From: Asterias rubens
Taxonomy: Eukaryota
Assembly: GCF_902459465.1 (NCBI RefSeq)
Contig: NC_047080.1
Span: 1,240,001-1,304,000 of the forward strand
Direction of reading: 5' to 3'
DNA: 64,000 bases
Below, one piece after another: positions 39,401-53,500 of the stretch. The notes under the pieces are model-generated. The model was not told the origin of the DNA. It did not search any database and saw only the letters and a program-made list of their open reading frames with translations. Each line of letters opens with the position of its first letter. Position 1 is the stretch's first letter. The translations under genes and the position numbers were made by a program.

Positions 39401-42400
39401 CTGTAAGCCTAAGCCATGGTTTCGAACATGCATGCAGTTCACAAACCTGGTGAGTGCAGTCTGGGGCACAGTATCCAGTGAGATAAAAACTATTAGATGT
39501 AGGAGGTACGGAGAGGTTTGGTGAGTAGGTGGCTCCAACTTCTAAGATACCGGCATCGTGAGGTCTTAGAAATGGCGTGTAGTGAAACCGGATTCCAGAG
39601 CTGTCCAACACCCCTAAATGAGCAAAAATGAGTAGAATTTTGTCATTTCATCAATAAACATTTGAGTGAATCGTTGCTTTGTGTTGGCCAAAATATTATT
39701 TTACAACGGTTTAAGTGGTTTGTGCTTGTGTGTGATCAGTTTGATAATTTTCTTCCTCCATGGAAGGGGTGCAGTCCGTAGGAAAGACCTTTTGATTGAC
39801 AACATGGATAAGATTAAGAAACAAAAAGGACGTCTGTTTTTCGCCTATTACTAAGATATATCTGAGCCCGTTAATTGACTTACGACCGTAGGCCTTATCT
39901 TCAACATGCCTTCTACTTTACCACCCCCCCCCCTTTATAAATCACCCTTGCCCCGCCCCTTATCTACCTTCTCTGTGTCTGAGGTTATTGTAATGAACTT
40001 GGAGCATGACGTAACTGGACTTCCCAGATCCACCAATCGGCACGCCGGCCTCTTTCGGGTACGAAAATGCCTGCCATATATGAGAGATAACTGCTATTAC
40101 TCCATCGTCATCATAACCATTTCAAAAACTTTGTTACATCTTGGAAATTGACTTTATATTGTTTTAAATTGTTTATTTTTATGTAGGCCTTTATTAACTC
40201 AGGTTCGTTATGGAGTTCCGCAAAAAGAACTATCATGTAGGTTTGTTTGTAAATAGACTCTGTGTTAGGCCGTATCCGAACTGTCGACATCTAGGACTGG
40301 TGTTAAGGGTATTGCTAAGGACCATATTAAGCTAAGGACGTCATATACTGCAACCATGGAGGTAGAAATAGACTACCTCCATGCTGCAACGCACGTGACG
40401 CAAAAAGTAAATCCATAGCTAGCCGTAGCTTCATCAACCGCCCATTGGCACGACATTATGCTGGACCTACCCACCCCCTAAAAACATCTTTAAGTGGTCA
40501 TTAAAATGGGCCGGAAATTTAGAAAAACGCAAGGGGTAATTTCAGCATTGTTATCCAATTTGGGTCAAAAAATTTAACAATCACAATGGGTAAGTCCACA
40601 TTTTTGTCTAATTTGGGCCCCAAATTTTCTTTTTAAACAAGCGTTGAGATGCAATCGAGTGGTGTTAGATTATGTTTTGCTCACCGTTGCACCCATTGCC
40701 CATGCGCCAATGACTCTCTTACATGGCTCCAGCTCAGACGGTTGATCTTCATCCTCGCACTCACCGTTGTAGTCTGGTACGTCGACCCCTTCTGGAACGA
40801 CACAATGGAATACCTCCATGTGGTGGACGACATCTTCGTTGCCAGGGGTGACCACTGACTCGTACTAAATATATACCACGATTTAATCACATGTAAACGA
40901 TTAAGAACGTATTTTGGGGGGAGTTGGAAGGTGAAAGGCTTTATTAAAAATGGAGGTCGACCCCTCAACATGACTGCTCGTCGGTTAAGACAACCAACAT
41001 GAACATTAATCATTGCTATAGTTCTTGCGGCCAATTTTTGCAAGGTTGACCAAGTCTTCTTCAACGAATGTGCTATATTTCTTGCAGATTGCTTGCATTT
41101 AAATGTTTGTTTAATTTTTAATATAGCATTTAATAGGCATACCTTAATGATGTGATGAATATCTTCAACATCCGGGAACTTTCTCACTCTGCACCAATAC
41201 GTAGTTACTTGGTTAGGTATTTCGGTCTGAATGAAATTATAAATAAATTTCATATCAATTAATTTGATTTAAACATTTTATTGTTTACTTTTTACATACA
41301 GTGCACTCCATTTACACTGACATCAAAGAGATTTTATGCAACTCAAAATTGTACTATTTCTTTTTGCGTTTTGAAATGATTGATCTACAAAATATTGTGT
41401 TCATCAAACATCGTTGCCTGATAATTTCTTCTCAGCATTGATAAAATAATCATCGTATTCTATCTGGGAGTCTTAAGTTACATGTCTGCCTGCAGCATAT
41501 TATTTCACTCTGTCGGTTCTCGTTCTCTGTTTTTCTATTTATCTTATTCTTGGTCTCAAGCAGTGTTTTTTCTAAAGTGGTAACATCTGACAGGTGATAT
41601 CAATGCACGTGTACAGTGATGTCCACAAAGGCACGAAGCAAGGATAGATGTTTCTATGAAGGTTTCATTTTAGTGGAGGCTGATGCTAGAAAAAAACAAT
41701 TTCAGAGGTACATCTTATCCGAAACGGAGCGTCTTCAAGGACAAGTGACTGCTCCAGACAATAGGGCAATAATGTTTCAAGATGTTTTATGCGGTATTGG
41801 ACCATCGATTGATACATTCTCAAGTGTTCGCTAAATCAACTGGTTTGATAGTGATTATTCTTTGTTCGTGATGTCCATAAATTACTGTAGTTTTTCATTA
41901 AATTCTTGGGATGCACTTAGGATGTACAGGCGCATCACCTTCTAAGATCTTGGCAGTTTGAAATTGATTATTTTCTGTGGGACAAAAATATTTTAGGGAG
42001 AATGTAAAACAAGGAAGCTCTCTCAAACGCTTGTGATCATCCGATAAAAAGAGATAATCTGTTTGCAAATTGTTATTGAATTAATGATTGGTATGTTGCG
42101 GCTCAATTTCGGTAAATGGCAGCTTTTTCATAAGATGTAATGTTAATTTTCTAGAACGGGTTAGCCCTTGTATAATACAAGTTCTACTTACAAAATATAG
42201 AACGGGTTAGCCCTTGTATAATACAAGTTCTACTTACATTGTGCATGGTAATATCTGCAGATTTGACATCTGACGGTACAGGCGGTGCTCGTCTTTTACT
42301 CTTTAGAAGCTGGACCCGCCGACTAGCTAGATCAGCATAATCTGGATTGATAAGTCCCGATGAGATCGTGGAGTGGTTCCCCCGGAGATAGATTAAATCC

Positions 42401-44955
42401 ACGGTCCCACCCTTGCAATGATACAAACCATAAAAAAGCATATAAAAGCTACTTTATATAAAACAAACTGTGATTTTCACGTTAATTACACAATTTTATG
42501 TGGACGCGTACCCCTACTCGTTCCCCGCATGTCAATTGAAGTGTGTTGACACAAGAGTCGCAAAGTATGGATCGTTCTTATGTTATTATAAGAACCATGT
42601 CATAAAAGAACATGTTGTTTCTTGGCTAAGAAAAAGAACTGTAATTGACGTTACAATTACAGAACTTTCTATGGGCCCATATAAACATTGAAGTGTGATT
42701 TTGACGCACAGGAAAGTTAGAAAGTTTACATGGATCATTTTTTATATAATTTTAAAACCGTTCTCAAATGCATAATTACATCAATTTGATAGTCATGGCG
42801 ATCACACGTGTCAAACTGTCGTCTGAAGTCGATCTCAAGATGCGCGGGTGATTGGTCGTAGAGCCCACCTCCTGTCACTCTCGATCCCAGGATAAAATAG
42901 TCATCGTTCCCGCCATCTTTAAACATCACACCTTTGCTGTTGGTATACGCTTCCTTCCAACAACAAAATAAAACAATGGATTACAAACTGCCTTTAATGT
43001 CAAAAACAAACACAGTGTTTTTGATCTTCCAACCTCAGTTAGAATAACGTGAAACAATGGATGAAAAAACACATTGTGGTGAATTGCCTGTTCTAGTATG
43101 AGACTCAAATAAATTTGTTTTCTTGTATTTTGGGTTCCATTAGGCATTTGTTTATCTTAAAAAAAAAAAAAGAGGGTCTATAATCTGAAGCTTGGCTTCA
43201 TCTTGTACCTTAAAATTAAACAAAAATTATTCAACATCATCAGTTTGATTATCCATAAAATTGTGATATTTTTACATCACAGTGTAGCCTAACCTTAGAT
43301 TTATAAAATGATGTTGTCCATAATTATATTAAAGCGCATGATTTCAACTCTTTGGTATAGTTAACACGTTACTTTCAAAAAGTAATTGCAAAATTCGCTA
43401 AAATAAATCATGACATTTTCCTTCTGAAATTATGCCGTTGACCCGAAGCAAGGTATGTGATATGTGAGATTCGGTAACTCGCGAATCGATCGCTTCGTGC
43501 GAGTGTTGCTAGTTTATTTAGGCCGTCTGCCAAGTCTTCTGGCCGGGGTCATATCGGCAAAGATACGGCCAAGATATTAATTTTTGCGTTAAGGGTTCAT
43601 TTATACTTGGAAAAACCAAAAATAATATAAAGTATTGAAGTTCTAACCTGAAATACTTGTGATTAAGGTGTTCAACTTTGTGAAACGTTTATTTGAATGA
43701 CTTTAATATGCGGCACAGTCATTTTAACAAAACAACACATACTGTGAGATTTGTTTCGTAAAAGTTAAAACAACATTCCAAAATTCCAGAAGGAAAATAA
43801 TTGTTAACACGAACACTGTCACAAATTTATTTCTTCTTTTTTTGGGGGGGGGGGGGGGGGGGAGGTAATTCAGTCAAATGTAAAATCATACATTTGTTTC
43901 TTTATCAAACTGTAAAATCGCAAATTCATTTTTGGATGGGGTTTCAATATATGATTATTTTGAGCTCAGATCGAAAGAAAAATTATGCATATATTATAGG
44001 GTAGCCTATAAACACCTAAATATCTAATGTTTTAAGTTAAACTAAAACTATTTCAACGGGGAAACGGTTAGTCGGTTTAGGCATACAGAAAGGACTTCGG
44101 GAAGTTGACTATCGACAACTGAACCTTCAGTAGCGTCAGTACAGATCGATTTAACACCCAGTCTGTTGGGGCCCGTTTGCTTCAGGCACGGGGGTGAGGG
44201 GGGGGGGGGGGGCATTAAGTCATGATGCCTGAGCCATAGTGAGGAAAAATGAAAAGGGACTGTCAGTTTTACGGGAGATCCAGAGAGTAGCGAAAGCCCC
44301 TCTGGGTTTCAGAAGGTCTAAATTAAGTCAGTATTTCTGTGACGGCAGGGCATGTGATGAAGTCAATCGTACAGGTCGAATGACTATAGTCACACTATGG
44401 TCACGGTAAGGGCCTACGGTTTATTTCTAAGGAACAGAGAAGCGATATTTGTAAATATTGTCATCTAGTTTCACTCTGGTTACGTCGTTGATAACTTCTA
44501 ATTAGAACTTGATAATTCTTGGCAGTATGCCTCTGAAAAGCGTATGACGTGTGTATTTTAGGAGGGAAATTGCATCACAATTTCAGACAGTGTTTACAAA
44601 GTAGTCAGTTGGAAGGCAATTATAAACTTACCGTTACTTTCAAAATGCCACGTGGAAAGCAAAACACCACAAGATCTGCCTTAACCAGTGATCCATCAGG
44701 TGACATACCGAAAGCGAACCATTCTCTGTTGTTTCGCAGTCGACTCCCTCCGTTTATCAGCGGGACACTCAGCCTAAAGTCGACCGTCTCTTTCTCAAAA
44801 TCGACGGCCCAAGATAAATCGGCCGCACGGTCGCTACCCTCCCCTTCCGGAACGAGTAAAACGTGGTACGGGAGGTTAGAGTGCTGGTAACCGTCTGTCA
44901 TAGATAGTAAAAATCCATGTACAAAACAAAGACAAACCAAGTTTGTGCTTATCAT
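36462..44955 (-). CDS. DBH: Copper type II ascorbate-dependent monooxygenase, dopamine/tyramine beta-hydroxylase-like, 614 aa
   Basis: 13 exons: 44632-44955, 42780-42953, 42238-42411, 41143-41226, 40685-40864, 39968-40070, 39447-39613, 38814-38957, 38490-38528, 38011-38070, 37351-37478, 36978-37140, 36462-36566; phases consistent. Signal/anchor then DOMON domain; CuH ligands VVHHMEV and QVHYNN; CuM ligands SQLHTHL and DEMC. Confidence 0.93.
42152..42238. repeat. 46-bp-period tandem duplication that copies the DBH exon 3 donor site
   Basis: tagaacgggttagcccttgtataatacaagttctacttaca at 42152-42192 and 42198-42238. Confidence 0.9.
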
Positions 44956-46329
44956 CTTTGAAATCAGTCTCGAAAAAGCGGTTCAATGTGATTTTTTTTC
45001 TAAATAATGATGTTGCGACTGCCATGCACCGCCCTAAATACAAGAAATCAGTTTGCTCCGATGTGAATTCGTGAATGTAGCTTTAGTGCAGTTAACTTCA
45101 TTCTTAATTTCCTTTTTTATCATGTGGTCACTCTAGTCACGTGTGCCGTCCGTAGTATGAAATCAGTGATCTTCGATCGTTTTCATTAGTCCAGAAAATA
45201 TACGTCATCACGAGGCGAAGACTATACGCCCATCTAATTGGGGACGGCAGGATAAAGGGGCTAGGTTACTTGCGAGATGCGTCAATGGGGAATTTCGAAC
45301 GAATTGAAACTCACTTCAAGATACTTTTATGAAATAGTTGGTTAATATTAATGACACTGGTATATTCTTGGGTCCATTCTTAGTTTATTGTGAACGCGCA
45401 CCTTACGATTGCAACGCCGGGGGTACTAAAAGATGATACTAAATTTAGGGCCGGATATAAAACAACAATAATTTCAAATTATTTACATTATCTACATTAT
45501 TTTTCAATAATGAATGCAGGTGATTTGACAAAGATAGTCAAATAAGTGGATCTGGTTGGTTCTTGTGTTCTTTACAAGGAATCAGGCATACGTCTAGAGA
45601 CCAACAGTTTGTTTCGTCATTCGATATTTATAAGCAACATTATTTTCGATAAATCTATTGATCACCTGAACGAGGCGTGAATTCGTAAGTTACTGCAATC
45701 ACTGTTTATAGTTTCTGACGACATAACCTTGGCTGCCATTAAAGATTCTTTAACTACTATTCAATGATTGTGGACGTTGTATGTCGGAGTAATTATAAAC
45801 CGTCCTTCGTGATGCATATTATTCCCGGCCCATGACTGACGTGACCGCCTCGCCAATTTACTTGCAATTCACTGTGGCCTGAGATTCTCTACATCAAGCA
45901 TTAAAGACCTGGGCTTAATGAATTCGCCAGGAGATTGTCAATTACTAAGGTGACTTGATTAATTAATTATGTGATTAGTGACAATGGTAATTTTAATCAA
46001 TATTGTTTGTCGCGTGTTTGTGCATAAATTATAATTATGATTACTTGGTTTGTAATAATCCGAACAACCGAAATTGAAATTTAAAAGCCATGTCTCACAA
46101 ACACGCGTGGGTCAGAATCGACCTGGATCACGGGTCCCGGGGTCTGATGGGTCAAGCTGACCCGGGAAAACGATGACCACTCGGATTGTCCGTACGGTGG
46201 TCAGTTTCACTCATTTATATGCTCATTTTGACATGGACTCTGGGACCAAAATGGGCCAGGTCCCTGCCAAGGGACCCATAGGAGGTTTTTATTACGTATA
46301 TACAGCAACATCGTTTTAAACTCCAGGGT

Positions 46330-46550
46330 ACTATTACAGAATCACCAAAGAGTCTCTCCCCTTGTCACATGGGCTGGACACCAGAGCATGAAAGGAGAAA
46401 CAGGGGCAACAGAAGCTCAGCTATACAGATGTAGTTGCTAGGGACATCGGGGTGCTTTCAGCTGATCTTTCCAACCTAATGAGAGATCGACAGGGATGGG
46501 CAAGCCTAATTATGATTCCGGACCTCGGTCGACTATAGAGAGAGGGAGAG
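46330..46550 (+). mobile_element. LINE 3' end remnant, RTE-like (second copy at about 53140-53315)
   Basis: Shared ccagagcatg...agctcagctatacagat...gccagggacatc...gtcgacta...gagggaga block in two places; degenerate RTE-type C-terminal coding pattern. Confidence 0.5.
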
Positions 46551-47583
46551 ATAAATTATTATAACTTTGTTGTGACATACAACTTGTGGTCAGACTTCTT
46601 GTTTTTAAGGGTATTGGCAACTCGTTCATGAGTCCGGCTTGTTTTAATAGATTGCAGGTATAAGGTAAGCAACTGTGAATGGTTGTTTTGAACTTCAAGT
46701 TGACGAAAACACTTTCGAATAAGGCCTGATATTGAGTGTCGATTGAAACTATTTTATTGTATTGATTACCGCTTCTATAATTGATTGTCACTCAATCGTT
46801 TCACAATTATTTATCAGGACTGCCAACACTCTTGTTTTGATTCATCGTGTTCAGCCGACATTGTTTCGGTTCTAGAGATTCTTCAGACAAACTGACGCTG
46901 AGCCATCGTCCACAGTCCTGTATTGAATCTTAAGCGATACTTTATATTGAAGGCAAATATTAATTTCCTGAATGAGTTGCACTACATGGTACACGAATCC
47001 GACAGGAAATATTACATCCCTGTAACTCTTCACTAAACTAGCCTGCGGTCGTCTTGGCGGCCAGGTGCTGCCTCCAGCTCGACATGTTTGTTTAGAAGTC
47101 TCAAATTATTTTTGCAATAAAACAGAGAAGGGGGTAATTAAGTCTTGGAATGAATGGAAACCTTAGACTGCCAGCAACTGATTTGTTAGCAAAAAAACAA
47201 TTATGTAGTATTCCGTTAAGTATCTATTTGAGGTTTACCCTGAGGATCTATCTCCCCATGCTGTAGACACCCCCCCCCCCCCCCCCCAATAAAGCCCGTA
47301 ATTGTTAGTGAGCGCCCTCTGTTGACTAAACATGTTTTTCATCTTGAGACATGTCCCCAGTCGTCATTGCACTGAATTGAAACGTGTATGTTACGCGAGT
47401 CTGGTGTGCACACATGCTGTTATGTCATCTCCTTTGCCTATGCAATCGTTGCTTGTAGATGTTGTAATAATTATAACCAAAGATAGATATAACGTAAATC
47501 GATCTGCCGGTAGGTACTTTTTGTAAAGTTGTCTAATCCAGTTGTGGATTTGCCCAGGATAGCTCTTCCAGAGAGAAGTCGTC

Positions 47584-50500
47584 ATGGCAGAAGATGCAAG
47601 GGTCGTAATAATCACTGGTGCCAACTCGTGAGTATTAATTTATTAATTGATTGCCTCAATTAAGAGAGCAGAAAAGGGGGGAGTGTTCTTACTCGATAAA
47701 AATGAATCTGTGTTTGCCTTCACAGCTTGTACTACTAAAATCTGCGCACGGTCGGGGAACAATCGACACATCGCGGCATTAGCGGTAAAAGAGCGGTAGT
47801 TGAGAAAATTCACACTCAAAATTCACTTGATTTTTACTCAAAATCTTTGATACCTATTTGAACGATTCCAAGTGTAGTGCTATCTGCAACTTCTGAAGCA
47901 TTAGATCGGTAAGTTTCATGATGCAGAACGTTGCAGATGGTTTTTCAAGGAAGCGAAAGGTTTTGATATCAGTGGTGCTGGGGCCAAGGATACGGAGTGG
48001 ATTGGACCGATTTATGGGGCTACACTGTCACCATTACAGTAATGGTGACAGTGATGAGACCGATGTTACAGCTCAACAAGGTGGGCTAGGGCGCTAGGCT
48101 CTGCGAGTGTGAGGTCTGTGAACCTTGAATGGCCTTCTCTACAACTTGAAGTTTAACTTCAAGTGACAGGAATACCAAAATCGCCTTCAAATGATGTACA
48201 AAATAAGATGCAAGTTGGTTGACATCCCGGTCCCCCGGCCCGGAGCCCATATCTGTCACATTCCACCACATCATCAACAAGAGGTCATGGCTAGCTCCCG
48301 ATTCACATTCCCATACACCAGCTCACTAGTTCAGTGTACGCCAGCTCTTATACTTACTTCCCACGCACCATCCGGGACTGGAAAGACCTCCCTGTTGATC
48401 CTTCTGTGTACCCGTCCCTTGACGCCTTCAAACTGGTGTTAAGGGACCCCTGGCTGAAGTAACCTCATCTCCAGCTTTTACTCGCACCTTTACATAATTC
48501 TAACTGCACCTGACACAACTCCTGTTGTCTAAGCCAACCTATGCACTCGCACGCAGTTTGTACATCTTCAATCATTTGAAGGCTGCACTTTACTACAAAG
48601 AAGAAGAAGAAGAAGAGCTCACAAAGAAACCCTCAAATTAATGCCTTTCAATGAATGGGCATTATTGGACCAGGTTTTTTTTATGTGGGTGTGGCTCAAA
48701 GTAGAATTACAACACCCTAAGTACGATAGACAATGAGTGTTGAAAACTTACTTGGCATACTTTGTTTAATTTGTTGCAGAGGTATTGGTCTGAGTTTTGC
48801 CGATCGTCTCTTGGCCATTGATCCAACAATAATCTTATGCCTCGCCTGTCGGAACCCAAGTAGAGCAGACACGGCGAGAAAAACGCTTCTAGACAACCAT
48901 CCAGATGCAAAGATAGAACTTGTACGATTAGACACGAGTGACATCAAAGGAATATACGATACTGCAAAGAGTATTAAAAGAAAGTTAGTGTTTTGAAAAT
49001 GATAGGCCTACTCTACCAGACAAAAACTGCAACTTTGCATCCTCACATTATGACCCAAAACTACATCTTATTTACCCAGATAACACAATTACTTTATTTT
49101 GTTTAAAGTGAGTGAAAAACACATGTCTTTGCCTTGTTGCCCATTATACTCTCTCAAATGGGAAAGAGCATTGCAATCTCAACAATTGATTTCAAACTTT
49201 TGAGAAACATTTGCTCTGTAAGAGTTATCAAAATAGAACATTCTCAGAGGTCACTTACAAACTCCCCACCCCAACAAACTCTTCCTGCCTCATTATTACT
49301 TCTCTTTCTTCACCCTGTGGCTCTGCTTCTTCTGTCTGCTCTGTGCTCTTTACTAGCAATAAATTCTCACCTAACTGCTTGCTTTTTTAAATTTATTTTC
49401 TTTTATTGTCTAATTGTCTAATTAGATACACAAGATTGGACTTTCTATATCTGAATGCTGGTATAATGCCGGTTACACATTTGAACTGGAAGAACATGTT
49501 CAAAGCAATCTTCACTCCGTAAGTAAATCTTTTCATTTTTTTTTTCATTTTTCAGCTGCTGATCAGCTTAGGTTCCACCTTTTGGATTTCCTAGCTGTGT
49601 CATTAAACATTTAAAACACAGTAAAGGCCGGTTTATAGTCGGTCGCGCGATGGTTGCGCGATGGAAATCTTGCGCGCAATCCTGAGATTGTGGCCTAAAA
49701 CCCGTGTATTTTTATGATCGCGCATCAAGATTTCCACCCGACCGACTATAACTCGGCCTTCAAGTAGACTACAAAGTCATTTTGTGCCCAATACTTTCTT
49801 TTTTTTCTTTACAAGTTGTAGTGTTATGCCTGATCTTTTGAATGTTTATTTTACTATTTAGAAAACATAATTATGACCATGATTGCTCCTTGAGAAGTTT
49901 GTGTACTGTTTTTAAACTCAATCAATCAAACTAATTATTTTCTGCAGAGGAAAATCTTCCACATTTTATTAAATGTGGATCTTCATGCCTGTGACTAAAC
50001 AAAGACTGTGTTTCTGCTGCCCTGTATCTTTGTCACTGTACTGTAGCCCTTCAAAATAGAAAATAGGCTGTAAGGTTTTAATAACGTAAAAATTACCATT
50101 TGCAAAATGAAAATGGCCTACTCCTGTTGTCTAAGATGAAATTCCAGACTTGTATTTTTGTTAGCAATAAATGGTGCAATATCCGAGAGTTGAATTTTGA
50201 AACTATCTGCTGGTACCAGATACATAAAGGAATATCAAAAATATAAGCTACTGTAAAATAATAAAATATATATATGTATTGTATTGGGCACAATTATTTT
50301 TTAAACCCTTCTGACTGGCTGGTCGTTCCATATCATCCACAAAATGATTTCAAATCACAGCTGTATTATGCCAGCCAGCTGTAATGTGATATCATGTGAT
50401 TTATGCATCACAGTACACTGATTGTTTTGTGTATTTGCTTTACAAATATTATACACAACATATGTTGGTTAATGGTTTTAAATTTCTCTCTGGCAAAGAA

Positions 50501-53500
50501 TATGGAAAGTAGGAGGATGTTTAATTTGCATTTTACCTTTATTACACATCAGTGTGGGTAAAACACAACAAATGGGCTCGTAGCTGTGCTTTTCTTTATA
50601 ACATTTCATTATCTGCTCTCCTATTAGACTAAAAATCACCCCATCAACTAAACTAGATCAACACTTAAGTGACCGTCACAAAGGTTGACTTTTTTCCCAT
50701 CAAAAAAGATAATATTTGATAATAATTTAGTAGAGTTGTTTGACCTGCATGGACTCCAATTGTTTATTTATTTAAAGAAACAACTTGATCCGAAATATAA
50801 CTGATAGGCCTACACGAATAAAAGTACAAATTTGCTTTATTGCTGAAAAATGTGCCACTGAGATTTTAATTGGATGATCCGGGGGAAAAAAATGTTGTTA
50901 AATACAATATGACCTTTAATTTTCGAACTGTTTGTGTGTAAATTTATACATAAACTATATGGCAGCTGACTTTTTTCATATAATTTGTCTGTCAAACATT
51001 GATTTATATTGCAAACAATCATGTTTAGGCCTATTCTTGTAAATTCAATAAGTGGAAGTTCAAGCATTACAAAGTACAGCTTTTTGTTCTGGGGAATATA
51101 ATACTAATTTGAATTTCTGTTTCAGAACCCAATTATTTGAGATGCTGACCACAGGGGAGGGTTTATTGAATCTTCAAGATGACATGACCAATGATGGCCT
51201 TAAGACAATATTCTCAACAAACATCTTCGGCCATTTTGTTCTGGTAAGACTTTGGAATTCGCCTGCCGTTTTTGTCTATGCTACAATCTAGACTGTTTGT
51301 AAGAGGATTATCTATTCCTCACAGCTTTTCTGTATCATCATCTTAAATTTGTCCTTCTTGCAGCCCAATACCTTTAATTTTTGAGTTTAGTTTTGTTTTG
51401 GCTTTACACTGGCACAAAAATATACAAATCAATAATTAAAGCAACAAATAAGCTACATAGATAAAATACCTAGCCCAAGAGTGGCAATCAGGAACAGGTG
51501 CTCAGCACCTCTACAAAGCTGTTCTGCCACTATATAAAATATTGTTTGGGGTGAACTTGATTACACAAATTAAGATGATACAGTCAAATACATTTTTAGA
51601 ATTTTGTATTTCATAACTTTAAACAGTTTTTCGCAAAGCAGAGTATAGGAGTTAAAATGATCGTGTTGCTCATGTTTGGGGGTCAAACGAGTGCCAATCA
51701 TCCAGTCCATATGAAATATTTTCATGGAACACTTTTAAAGTTGACAAAATATAATTTGTTGACCCCTTTGTTAATTTGATTGCCTTTAAAGTGCACCCAA
51801 TTCATTACAATGCATTTAACCATTATTTAACTGTTTTTACTATAAAAACAAACCATTCTTTTATTACAAATACTCATTATTAAACCAAAAGGAGTAGTTT
51901 AAAAATTTTGTATTTTTGATCAAAGTGAATGAGTTTAATCTTCTAAAAACCAACAATGTAATCTAAACTTAAAATACACCTTTGATTTTTGTTGATTTAT
52001 CAGATAAAGGAATTGGAAGATCTTTTATTTGAATCAAGAGGACGGATCGTATGGACATCTTCCAGCAATGCAGACCAATCAAACTTCAGCCTCCAAGATG
52101 TACAACACAAACATGGGTATGGGGATATCTTTCTATTAAAAGTAATTACAGAAATATTTAAAAAATTGTTCAATTCAACAAGTTTTCACTGTAGCTCTAG
52201 AAGCAAACAAACAAAATAACAAAGGTAAGTATGTGGACCATTCAACAATGCTATTCTATGAATGCATTTACAATTGACTGTAAAAATCATTACGGATTTT
52301 TTTTTTCTTTCTCATTCCATATGTTGTGCTTTCATCTTGGTACTTGTATATTTTTTCTTTTAGGGCTGGTACAATTAATTGATTACACGCTTAACTGAAA
52401 ACAAACCTATTTCTAAATTTCCTTTTTGGTTAGACCAAGCCAAAAGTTTTAAATTGTGGTGTGTATGTTGTTGTATTTTTAAGGCTTTCTATGAAACCTC
52501 ATATAGAATAAATGAAACCTCATATAAAATAAATAAAAACAATAATTAATTAATATGTAAAAGTCTGTAATTTGTCTATAGTTCTCAGGGATACAGCTCA
52601 TCAAAGTACGCCATTGATATTCTAAATGTAGCACTGAATGAGCAGTACAACCAGCATGATGTCTATAGCCATTTAGTGTCTCCAGGAGTTGTGGCTACAA
52701 ACATTACCAGCACCTTTTTTCCAGCTTGGATGTGGTCGATGTTCTATCCGATATTTCTGCTGGTAAGTCGCGCTTAAATTCATTTGGTGCTTCAAACTAG
52801 ACGGAAATGCTTATTAGATTGTGTACAGTTGAGTAACTCATAATTATGACTGAACAGTATGGCAAAAAACCTAAAAGATGTTGCCCAAGACTAGCAGGAC
52901 ACTCAAACAGAAACAACAATGAATCTGTCTATCAGCTTTACACCAGGGGCCAATTTCATAGAGCTGCTTAAGCACGAAAATAGCTTGCTTATTTTACACA
53001 TGTTACTAGCCAAAATTCCATGCCATATTCTTTGCTTGTGACTGGTATTGAGCTGTTGTTTACTTAGCATAACAATTGAATAGTGTCTTGGCCAGTTATC
53101 TGATTTTCTGCTTAAGAAGCTCTATGAAATTGGGCCCAGGTCACCGGAACATGGAGGAAGAAATAGGGGAGACAAATAGCTCAGCTACACAGATTTAGTT
53201 GCCAGGGACATCAAGATGCTTCCAACTGAGCTCCCAACTTTAAATTATGAGGGATAGACATGAATGGGCAAATCTTAACATGATTCTGACCTCAGTCGAC
53301 TAGACAGAGGGAGACTACATCATGTAAATAATGCAGATGACTCTTAAACTAATTGTTCAAAGGGAAATTAAATTTGCATTATTCAGTTCATTGTCAATAA
53401 AATTGGTTTTTGATTAACTTTTTGTTACCATGTAGATTCGTGTATTTGCTCCAAGATTTGTCATTGAGCCACATTTAGGAGCAGAGTCAATGGTAAATAT

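Noticed and set aside
43845-43862. Poly-G/poly-C tracts (also near 8650, 25540, 31370, 44200 and 47270)
   Set aside because: Simple homopolymers scattered without pattern; no specific function can be supported.
45100-46080. Possible Phox2 or CRE sites upstream of DBH, by analogy with the mammalian promoter
   Set aside because: Only half-sites and AT-rich TAAT runs expected by chance; no full consensus found.
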